A model generated the notes under the pieces. It saw only the letters and a program-made list of their open reading frames with translations, was not told where the DNA came from and searched no databases. Of a stretch of DNA of 64,000 bases, positions 37,250 to 48,110 are shown in pieces. The position numbers and the translations under genes are program-made. Location: the NCBI RefSeq assembly GCF_006345805.1, contig NC_042997.1:182900001-182964000 (forward strand), given 5' to 3'. Positions within the stretch are counted from its first letter, which is position 1, and each line of letters begins with the position of its first letter. Source of the stretch: Octopus sinensis. Taxonomy: Eukaryota.

Positions 37250-40110
37250 CTGGTAGCGTAAATTTTTTTTTTCTGTTTTTCTAATATGGTACTTTCACTT
37301 TGTCGAGCTAATCTCAGTTAGCAACCGAGGAAGGTTTATTTTTATGATGTACTGTAACCAATGTGATTGTCTGCCACAGAGGATATTTTGGTGATCTTTC
37401 GAACTTAATACATATAAGATGGCGGCCAAAATAGAACATATTACACTAAAAGAAAAATGAATAAAAGATCGCTAATAATCGATATTGTGAAAATGCGTTT
37501 GCTGAGATTTTAAGCATGGAATACAAGAGCAATTAACAACACAGAAATAATGAAAAGCAAAAGGTAAACAAATGAAAAACAGACGTGCATATTAAATATA
37601 TAGATACACACACGTGTGTGTGTGTGTGAGCGTGCATACGACTAACATTTGTTTACCTTTCACTTTCCTACTATTTTTTTTTTTTTTTTGTGCTACCTGT
37701 TCTTGTATTTAAATTCAAAAATATTAAATAATTTCTATTTTATTTCCTGAATGGGGCGTATTCGACCTGCTACGAATGGCAGCCAAATCTCCTATTAATC
37801 ACACCCTCCTATCTTAGAGAAGAACAACGCAAAAAATTATCAATAACAACACAAAATTTCATTCTTCGCTGCACCAAAAATATTCTCCATGGCCGCAGCA
37901 CGGCATAAATGGAAAAATATAATTCTTCCGCAGCCGTCGAACTGAATGAATATTCGCTGAAATTTGACGAAGTACAAGTAATTACAAAAACCACTTGTGT
38001 TATCATTAATCTATTTAGCACTACCAGAGGTTTTTTTTTTTTTTCTTTAAATAATAATTTAATTACAAAAGAAACTACTACTATCCCGTATTTCTAGCTG
38101 GTGTTAGTCATTTAATTGTTTTGACCACCATGCTCAAAAACCGGCATATTTCAACAGTTACCTCCCCTGACATAGTGCTACCGATGGCATGAGGGGGGGG
38201 GAGGACAGTTGTTTATTATTTATTACAACCACCGCCCCATTTAATTTTCTCTTTTGCTATTTAAATTTCATATAGTTTAAACATTCTTCGTATGAAATAG
38301 GCGGTTGACATCTTTGATTTTATTATAGTTCAACTGATATAATAAAACACGTATATATAATCTAAAATTGGACCACACAATCAAAAGCAAGCGATTCTTC
38401 CCTATTCTCATAGAGTGCAATTATAATAATCCTTTAATACGTTTCAACCCCAAAGCCGTGACCACACTGGATCACCGCCAGTAAAAGTATTAAGGTCTCA
38501 CCAAGATTTTAATACTTTTAGATATCATAAATATCATTAACACACCACACAATAATAAGTAAATTAAAACAAATAATAATCAAAACAGAAACAAGCGCTG
38601 CGTGTGTGCGTACAAGTAATGCAATGCCTGTTATAATTTTAAACAATCCTTATAAAACTATTTCAATAAAAGAGTATCTACTATTCTGTTACTGTTGCTT
38701 TCAGTAACTTTAAAAGAAAGAATTCGAACGAAATTTCCGGACAATAAATAAAGCTTAATATGTCATAACGTCGCTGTATTAAAAGTCTTATGAAGTTGTA
38801 GTACATTTTCCAATAATTAACGGAAAATTATAATGAGTATTATTATTTAACACAAAGACTTTTGGAAGAAACATTCAGTCTATAATTTCCAGACTTTTGA
38901 TTAAATGAAAAAGAAAGAAGTGTCGATTACATTGTTTACTTCGGTGTACAACTTCGTTTACTATTTAAACACCTTGCATTTCTCGGTATGAATACATTAC
39001 ATTAAGAATGTCGTTAAAACCGAATTAAACAAGGCGAGCTAGACTATAGTATCGATTATTTCATTCTTTTTTCAACGAAAAACAATACGAAGAATATATT
39101 AACACATCTATTGTACTAGTTTCGACATCTGTGCACATAAATTTTAGAAGCACAAAATCTTTCAGAAAACGGAGTGTTTGGAAGCTTAAGAAGACTATTT
39201 CTCTGCTAATATATACACAATTACACTTTAAATATTTCAGACTAAATCATTTGTTATAACAAAATCTTTTGTTTTAATTTAATCTCGTCTAAAGAAGCTA
39301 AAATGAACAAAATAGTATTCGAACTTACCATAAACAGTTCCTGTGACACCCCTTTAGCCGACTAATTTATCACATGATAAGTGTCATCCGAACTTTGACC
39401 TATGACATCATTGAAAAGCTGATAAACAAATAGGGATGGTTTCGAGGTCTATTTATTTAACATAATTCTTTGAAATGAGGACATAAATTTACATCCGTAA
39501 AATTAAGGGCTTCAGAAAACTTATAAATACTTGCTCGTTTAGTGTTTAAATGTAACGACTTAAGTGGGTGGGGGCGGCTTTCTTTGATAAAATTACATTG
39601 TTTTTATACATATATATATATATATGTATTTAGAATTATTTAAAACTAACTTCTACGAATTTTTTCGCGACTTTAATTAAAGTTTTATGTCGATAAGTTA
39701 CCTTCAAATAAAATTGCTTTCCTTCTTTTTAAGAGATTTATCTGTGCATGCCTACGTTTATCGGACTAATGTTATATGTGTCCAATCTAATTTAACCAAA
39801 TGTATCTCGATCCCTGAACTTTAACCTTTTTTTTTTAACTACCGTTCGTTAAAACATTAGCATAGTTTTCTGAATTGTATTTGGAATGGAAGATCAGTCT
39901 ATGTAAACCTGGGCGAATAAGATTCGATGAAAACTAAAAGAAAAATCATCGCCTTTTAAAAAAGTGAAGTTATTAAATAATTATTGTAATTAATTGTAAT
40001 TAAAATTAGAAGTTTATTAAAGCTCGGAGAAACAGAACGAGGTCAGACATTTGTTTGATTTTGTCCTAGGAATATGTCAATAAAAAGTACTAAGTTTATG
40101 TACAAATGTA
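37250..40110. promoter_or_regulatory. CpG-retaining island; probable promoter of the V-ATPase a gene, possibly bidirectional
   Basis: Hand count: 18 CpG in 38641-39240 versus 1 in 34321-34920 and 1 in 46021-46620; largely free of SINEs; YY1-like AAGATGGCGGC 37416-37426, TCACATGA 39370-39377. Confidence 0.65.
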
Positions 40111-41010
40111 AGTTCTGCACTATATACTTAGTAGTGACATGGTTATGATATTGTCAAGGCTGTAGAATATCAACAAGTTAATGTCTACCGCAGTAGAGTT
40201 GAGTTATGTAGAGGAAACAAAGTGAGGTGGGGAATTCAAGAGGAGTGGCGTCCTGAGAACGAAAATCAACTGAAAAGTTTGATCAAACAATTATTCAAGG
40301 ACCTAATTTGTTTCTCTGCCTTATAAACTTATATCAAGTTATGGTGACTGGTTCTAACAAAATTGCTATAATCCCAAAATATAACCATTTCTGTAGGATA
40401 TGTTAAATAATCCATTTCACTATTGGCACAAGGCCTGAAATTTTGAAGGAGGGGACTAGTCGATTTTTATCAGCTCCAGTACTTAACTGGTACTTATTTT
40501 ATCAAACCTGAAAGGATAAAAGGCAAAGACAACCTCGCCGGAATTTGAACTCAGAATGTAGCGATGGGAGAAATACCTATTTCTTTACTACCCACAAGGG
40601 GCTAAACACAGAGGAGACAAACAAGGACAGACAAACGGATTAAGTCGATTACATCAACCCCAGTGCGTAACTGGTACTTATTTAATCGACCCCGAAAGGA
40701 TGAAAGGCAAAGTCGACCTCGGCGGAATTTGAACTCAGAACGTAACAGCAGACAAAATACTGCTAAGCATTTCACCTGGTGGGCTAACGTTTCTGCCAGC
40801 TCACTGCTTTTGGATATGTTAAATAATGAAAAGATAGGTGAAAAAATTGAGAACATTTGTTAATAATGGAGTGAACATTACAGAAATTTTAATCTGAGCA
40901 ACTTCATTCAGAATTTGATTTTTAGGCAAATACTGGTTGACACAATTGTAGGAAATGAGGTTGGCACTGGATGGGTGCCTCACAGTTCCTTACATAGTCG
41001 TGGAATGGAA

Positions 41011-41657
41011 AATAGCGGGAACAAGAATCTCCAAACAAATAACAATAATAATTTATTTCGCCGAAATAAGTATTTCATCTCTGGACATTGGTAGCCTGGA
41101 CGCCTTGGGAGTGGAAACAGCAGAGTTAGTAGTCAGACACAAAAATACGAAGGCATTTTCACAGACTCATAATGTCGCTTGCTGTCAGAATTCCAGCTCC
41201 ACGGAGCTGATCAAGTCGCGTCCATCTCAGTCGGCAGCAGGGGTGAAGAGGGAGAATAGCGGCCAAGCCTAGCTGCTGCTGATGACTGTGCATGTGCATA
41301 AGGGGATTCTAGCAGGCCTTCCGGAAGGCTCTAATTCCTGCACATGCGTGGATGAAAATCCCAAAATGGCATCTGGAACCAGGCATCACTACAAGACTCC
41401 CCTTTAAGTGCACAAGCATGAAAATAGAAAGATTGTAGTGGCGCCAGAGACAAAAATCTCCGTACAAATAACAATAATAATTTATTTTGCCAAAATAAGC
41501 ATTTCATCTCTGGACATCAGTAGCCTGGACGCCTTCGGGGTGGAAGCAGCAGGGTTAGTAGTCAGACACTAAAATATGAAGGCATTCACAGACTCTAATC
41601 CTTGCACATGTGTGGATGAAAATCCCAAAATGGCATCTGGAACTAGGCGTCACTACA
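41011..41657 (-). mobile_element. Two related LTR-like repeats separated by 40 bp containing a polypurine tract
   Basis: TGTAGTG...CACTACA termini on copy 41434-41657; AATAAA inside; AAAGGGGAG PPT just before the second LTR (41393 to about 41011). Confidence 0.68.
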
Positions 41658-41879
41658 CAATCATTAATTGAGCAGGTCAATATTGGGGAGTGCGACATCA
41701 ATTTTCTTTTTTTCATCCAATATAATAATGAAAATTTGGGGAGAAAGTCTCTTAAAACATCAATGAGGTTAAAATAAAAGTGTTATTTACACTGCATAAA
41801 ATATTGACTAAATTTTGACTGTTAAGAAGAGGAGTTAATGATAACAAAAGAATCAAATCATTTATTAATACAGTTCTAT

Positions 41880-42267
41880 ATTTAAGAGATGAGGTATTAT
41901 GTACATTATTTACATTCAACGGATATTTGTCCTCATCTTGTTTGTTGTTAACATAACGTTTCGCCTGATATACCCTCCAGCCTTCTTCAGGTGTCTTGAG
42001 GAAATTTCGAACCTGCATTTTCATTCCTAAGGTATTTTTCGGTGTTAATATCGGCGGCAGCGGCGGCAGCGTTGTTCAGGTCACTGCTTGGAATCAAACT
42101 CAGAATCTTGGGGTTAGTAACCTACGCTCTTAACCACTATGCCATATGCCTGTGGACATATGCTCTTAACCACTACGCCATATGTCCATGGTCATATGGT
42201 GTAGTGGTTAAGAGCATGGGCTACTAACCCCCAGATTCCAACTTTGATTCCAAGCAGTGACCTGAAC
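41880..42267 (-). mobile_element. tRNA-headed SINE-like element with hammerhead-like motif; second head in inverted orientation
   Basis: Box A TGGC(G/A)TAGTGG, box B GAGTTTGATTCC; ACAC-CTGAAGA-A-GGCTGG...TCAGGC-GAAA-CGT-T-ATGT at 41994-41951. Confidence 0.65.
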
Positions 42268-43259
42268 ACTAACAATATCTATTCTCTGTCTTTCTCTTTT
42301 TTGATGCTCTTACTATGACTGAAAGTAAACAGCAAAAAATTTGCTTTCTATTCACAACTTAGCATGGCTGAAAGGTGAGCTGTAAAATATCTGCTTTCTC
42401 TATTTTTCTTGGTAACATCACTGTTCTTACTATGACTAAAAGCAAGCAGTAAAAAATTTGCTACCCTTTCCAATGTTTCTGTTGACAACTTAACATCACT
42501 GAAAGGCGAGCAGTAAAATATCAATAACCATTTATATATTACACAAAAATTATTTATCATGGGAAAATAGTAAGGCATGCAGTGTATGCATTGCATACAT
42601 AGACCTTTTGCCCGAGCAACAAACTAGTACAAATGTTCTGAAAATATAGATGAAACAAGTAGATAGCCTAAATAACAAAGAACAAGGTGAAGATGTTGGC
42701 AATATATCAAACATTAGATGTTTTCATTCACCAAACGTTCATTGCTCTTTCTGTGTGTGGGTATTGTGGGGGGGAGGGGAGGGACCTACACATCCTGTTA
42801 ATTATTGATATCAGCAAAATGGGGGAAAAACATTCATGGCTGAATTTAGTTGAACATAGGCACAAGCGTGACTGTGTAGTAAGAAATTTGCCTCTGAACC
42901 ACATGGTTCTGAGTTCAGTATCTTCTACTATAAGCCTTGAACTAACCAAAGCCTTGTGAGTGACTCTGTGTGTGTGTGTCTGTGTGTTCCACCCACTTGA
43001 CAACTGTAACTTAGAAGATTGGCAAAAGACACTGATAGGATAAGTACCAGGCTTAAAACAAAAAAGTGGGGTCAATTCATTCATCTAAAATCTCTTTCAC
43101 CCTTTCATTACCAACCCGGCTGAAACTGGCTCTGGCTGAGTACAAATCTCTTGTTTTCATAAGTTTTGAATCTTCCACCAAACCTTAGTCACAATTTATG
43201 TTCTTAACACTAGCTGAATGATAACTAACTTATTTTACTAAATTCTTTGTTATATTTAA

Positions 43260-45333
43260 CTGCTACAAAGGTAAAGGTGATGCCCTAGATACAAATAACT
43301 ACAGAGGTATCAAGCTGTTGGACCAGGTGATGAAGGTTACGGAGAGGGTCATAGCCCAACTAATTAGAGAGAGAGTTAGTTTAGATGAGATGCAGTTTGG
43401 GTTTGTGCCAGGGAAAAGTACTACTGATGCTATATTCCTGGTAAGGCAGCTGCAGGAGAAATACCTAGCCAAAGATAAGCCCCTGTACCTGGCTTTTGTT
43501 GACATGGAGAAAGCCTTCGACAGGGTCCCCCGATCCCTTATCTGGTGGGCAATGAGAAAACTAGGGATAGATGAATGGTTAGTGAGAGCTGTGCGGGCCA
43601 TGTATAGGGACGCCGCTAGTAGGGTGAGGGTTGGAAATGAGTACAGTGAAGAATTCCGGGTAGAGGTAGGGGTCCACCAAGGCTCAGTACTCAGCCCCCT
43701 CCTATTTATCATAGTCCTCCAGGCAATAACGGAGGAATTCAAGACAGGATGCCCTTGGGAGCTCCTCTATGCTGATGACCTTGCTCTAATTGCTGAGTCG
43801 CTATCAGAACTGGAGGAGAAGTTTCAGGTGTGGAAACAAGGATTAGAATCAAAGGGCCTCAGAGTCAATCTAGCTAAAACCAAAGTTGTAATCAGTAGGA
43901 AGGTAGACAAATCACAAACACCTTCAGGTAGATGGCCCTGCTCGATCTGTAGAAAAGGTGTAGGTAGAAACTCTATAAGATGCACCAAGTGTAAGCTATG
44001 GACACATAAGAGATGCAGCAATGTCAAAGGAAGGCTAACTAGGAAGATGGTTTTTGTATGTGGCAGATGCTCAGGAACAATAAACACTGAAAATGCTCTG
44101 AGACCAACTTCCGTCACTTTCCAGGGAGAAAAACTAGAAATAGTTGATAGTTTCCGTTACCTAGGTGACCAAGTCAGCAGCGGGGGCGGGTGTGCTGAAA
44201 GTGTAACTGCTAGAGTAAGAATAGCTTGGGCAAAGTTCAGAGAGCTCTTACCTCTGCTGGTGACAAAAGGCCTCTCGCACAGAGTGAAAGGCAGACTGTA
44301 TGATGCGTGTGTACGTACAGCCATGCTACATGGCAGTGAAACATGGGCCGTGACTGCTGAGGATATGCGTAAGCTCGCTAGAAATGAAGCCAGTATGCTC
44401 CGATGGATGTGTAATGCCGGTACTCACACTCGGCAGAGTGTAAGTACCTTGAGAGAAAAGCTGGACCTAAGAAGCATCAGTTGTGGTGTGCAAGAGAGAC
44501 GTTTGCGCTGGTATGGTCATGTGGCGAGAATGGATGAAGATAGTTGTGTGAAAAAGTGCCACACCCTAGCGGTTGAGGGAACCTGTGGAAGAGGCAGACC
44601 CAGGAAAACCTGGGACGAGGTGGTGAAGCACGACCTTCGAACTTTAGGTCTCACTGAGGAAATGACTAGAGACCGAGACCTCTGGAAGTGTGCTGTGCGC
44701 GAGAAGACCCGGCAGGACAAGTGAGTCCACAACCCGTGGCCTTCTACATGGGATGGAGCCAGTCTACGTATGCATACCTTCCCTTCTTGGGACACAAAAC
44801 TCTACTTGTGAAGACGTGTTGAGGCAAGTGAGGATCAGAATCGAAATCGATCAATGGAAATTGCGGATGTGCTACCAGTGCCGGTGGCATGTCGAAACTC
44901 TGCTTGTGAAGACCCATTGAGGCAAGTGAGGATCAGAATCGAAATCGATCAATGGAAATCGATCAATGGAAATTGCAGATGTGTTACCAGTGCCGGGGCA
45001 TGTAAGAGAACTTTCCGTTTCGCGACCGTTGCCAGCACCGCCCCGTTTCGTGTCCGTTGCCAGCCTCGCCTGGCCCTCGTGTCGGTGGCACATAAAAAGC
45101 ACCATCCGTTCGTGGCCGTTTGCCAGCTCTGTCTGGCACCAGTGCGGGTGGCACGTAAAAAGCACCCACTACACTCACGGAGTGGTTGGCGTTAGGAAGG
45201 GCATCCAGCCGTAGAAACACTGCCAGATTTGACTGGGCCTGATGAAGCCTTCTGGCTTCACAGACCCCAGTAGAACCGTCCAACCCATGCTAGCATGGAA
45301 AACGGACGCTAAATGATGATGATGATGATGATG
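43260..45333 (+). mobile_element. Young 5'-truncated RTE-clade LINE with uninterrupted RT ORF (43261-44724) and complete 3' UTR
   Basis: FVDMEKAFDRV, QGSVLSPLLF, YADDL, PHD-type C4HC3 insert, RWYGHVARM, GRGRPRKTW; (GAT)n tail; ATTTAA target-site duplication at 43254-43259 and 45334-45339. Confidence 0.96.
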
Positions 45334-47924
45334 ATTTAAAATAAATAATTGAAAGAAACCCAGAGCATCTAAAAATAAATACAGTAAAGAAAGGGTTAAG
45401 GCAGTGCCCCTGCATGGCCTCAATCTAATGACTGAAACAAGTACCAGGTAAAAAGGTCTACTAGCCAGTATTAGAAACAACAATAATGGTTTAGAAGTTT
45501 ACTGATCTTCAGTCTTGGCCTGCATTGGATATTTGTTAACCTTGCATTTCACTTCTGCACTAAGTCTTTGTCAATCTTCCATGAGTACCAGCTATTGTCA
45601 TCACGTAGCATTTTTTTTTCACTTGACATTTCCCATTCATTTACCTCATACTGCTATATCAATCCAATCATCTCACCTACATACACTTCAGCTTCTTGTA
45701 ATTGTACATCAATATACATCTTAATCTTTCCAACCTGCACATTTAGTGTTCTATTCATACCACAGTACGAATAATTAAACTTGTTCTAAGGCAATGAGCA
45801 GGTCAAATTGTTAGCATGCTGGGCAAAATGCTTAGCAGCATTTTTTCTGTCTTTACATTCTGAGTTCAAATGCCTCTGAGTTTGACTTTGTCTTTCATCC
45901 TTTGGGAGCCAATAACATAAGTACTTGTTGAGCACTGAGATCAATGTAATCAACTTAGCCCCATCTTCCAAACTTACTGGCATTTACTATTCAGAGGACA
46001 GTTGACTTTGTTCCTAAAGTTACATCTGCATTGGAATGATTGTATGTTGTTTCTGATTACTTCATTGTTGTTAAGAATTTAGGTTCCTGTATTACATAAA
46101 CTACTATATTGCCTATCAGGTTTGACAGAATTTTTATTAAAGATTTTGTGACATTTGTAAGCTGAGAGAAAAGGCATGCTTACAAGGATCAAGAAAAATT
46201 TGGCTATGACTGTAGTTTACTCAAAGCAGTGAATTAAACCTTGTGGTTCTTGTTTTTATACTTGCTAGTTCTAGCTATGGTTTGTTCTATATAATCTGTT
46301 TTTTCATTGAAACTGTGTTTCTTTATTATATTATGGTGGTATACAGTAGCCTAATCAAAAATGTTCTTATCTAAAGATAGAATAGAGATGCATTTACTCA
46401 TAATATACTCAATAATTTGGAGTCTTTGTTTACATGAGTAGACACTTCATTCAGCTTATGGAATGGCCTAATGTTTGCCAGTATAAAAATTCATCATATC
46501 TAGAAAGTTTACTATATTTAGATTGGTTTTTATGGTTATTACTATGTTTTTCTCAATCTATTCATGTTATGTCCATTTCAGGTATGTACTATGCCGAGTC
46601 CATCATTTCTATATACTCCTATACTAATTTTTTATTTCCATGCAGGTGCAGAATATACAGGCCTACAAAATCAGATATCTTCATAGAATGATGCGGATTT
46701 CCTAGCATTCATAATTATACTAACATCAATGTCTGTTATAGTAGCATACAATTTACCAAACACTATTACTTGCAATTGATGATGCCTAGAAATCAATGGG
46801 TTAAATCCTACTATATTAGACTGGATTAACCTTCAGTTAGGTTTACAATTGATACTGCTAAACCAGTTAACAGTAGCACTACAATTCTTTGTTTACATTA
46901 AATTTGTAGCTTATCTAACTCTTAAATTGATAAAATCTAAATTACTATAATCTAAGAGTAGGCTTGCTGACAATACCTAGGTCAATTTATGTGAGTTTAT
47001 AAGTCGGTATTTATCATTGTGTGTGTGTGCATGTACATACATACATACATGAACCATAAAAAGTCAGAAGGCATGAGGGATGAATATATTTATTTAACCA
47101 CTTGACATCCTGAGGATTCATATTTCTTTATTGTCCACAAGAGGCTAAACACAGAGGGGACGAACAAGGACAAACAAAGGGATTAAGTTGATTAGATCGA
47201 CCCCAGTGTGTAACTGGTACTTAATTTATCGACCCCGAAAGGACAAAATACCTATTTATTTACTACCCACAAGGGGCTAAACATAGAGAGGACAAACAAG
47301 GACAGATAAACGGATTAAGTTGATTACATTGACCCCAGTGCATAACTGATACTTAATTTATCGACCCTGAAAGGATGACAGGCAAAGTCGACCTCGGCGG
47401 CATTTGAACTCAGAACGTAACGGCGGACGAAATATCATTAAGCATTTCACCCAGCGTGCTAACGTTTCTGCCAGCTCTCTGCCTTAGGAGTATGGCTGTT
47501 TCTCAGCCTTCTTCTTGTAGAAATTTCAGTGTGGAATAAAATCATATTTACATGTTTGCATTAATATGCATGATACAATGCAATTATATATTCACATATC
47601 AATGCAAAAAAAAAAAAGCTAGCTCACCAGATCACTAGAACATCATGGTAACAAACGATTCCACTCTAAGTATATATACAAAATCTTTTTTAAACATGCA
47701 AAGTATGGAAGCCCAAAATTAGCTTGATTTGGTCAGTAAAACTAGTGATATGTTGTTTTACATCAGTTAAAGTGCTAGATAAGAAGTCCAGGGAGCTGAC
47801 CATCCTTAATGTTAACAAAAAAAAGCAGGAACAGATAAAAAGAGGAAGTAAAGTAGTTGAAGTAAAAATTAAAAACATTAATAGATTTTAAAAGTTTATA
47901 AAATTATATATGAAGAAGAAAAAA

Positions 47925-48110
47925 ATCATCATCATCGTCATTTAATGTCCGCTTTCCATGCTGGCATGGGTTGGATGGTGTAACTATATGGGTGACTTGG
48001 CTATAGCCAACACCACCAGATATTTTGAGCATCTCTGCGGTGATTCCTGATGTGCTGGGGGCTTTCCCTGTCTTCGTATCCTTAATTGTTTTATCTACCA
48101 AGGTCAGCCC
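47925..48110 (-). mobile_element. Internally deleted RTE piece (KAPSTSGITAEMLKISGGVG joined directly to the 3' terminus)
   Basis: ORF 47904..48140 matches ORF 54843..55184; tail on the left. Confidence 0.75.

Noticed and set aside
37419-37460. ATGGCG start within the YY1-like motif as a gene start
   Set aside because: Frame stops after 13 codons with no donor before the stop.
42074-42148. tRNA gene (also SINE heads at 3160-3238 and 50270-50335)
   Set aside because: Boxes A and B are present but no complete cloverleaf; all continue into repeat bodies.
42309-42525. Tandem duplication of about 120 bp (also 3400-3476)
   Set aside because: Ordinary local duplication with no coding or structural signal.
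45239-45262. CTGATGA followed by a hairpin as a hammerhead
   Set aside because: No GAAA after the stem, and other copies read CTGGTGCA, so it is a private mutation.
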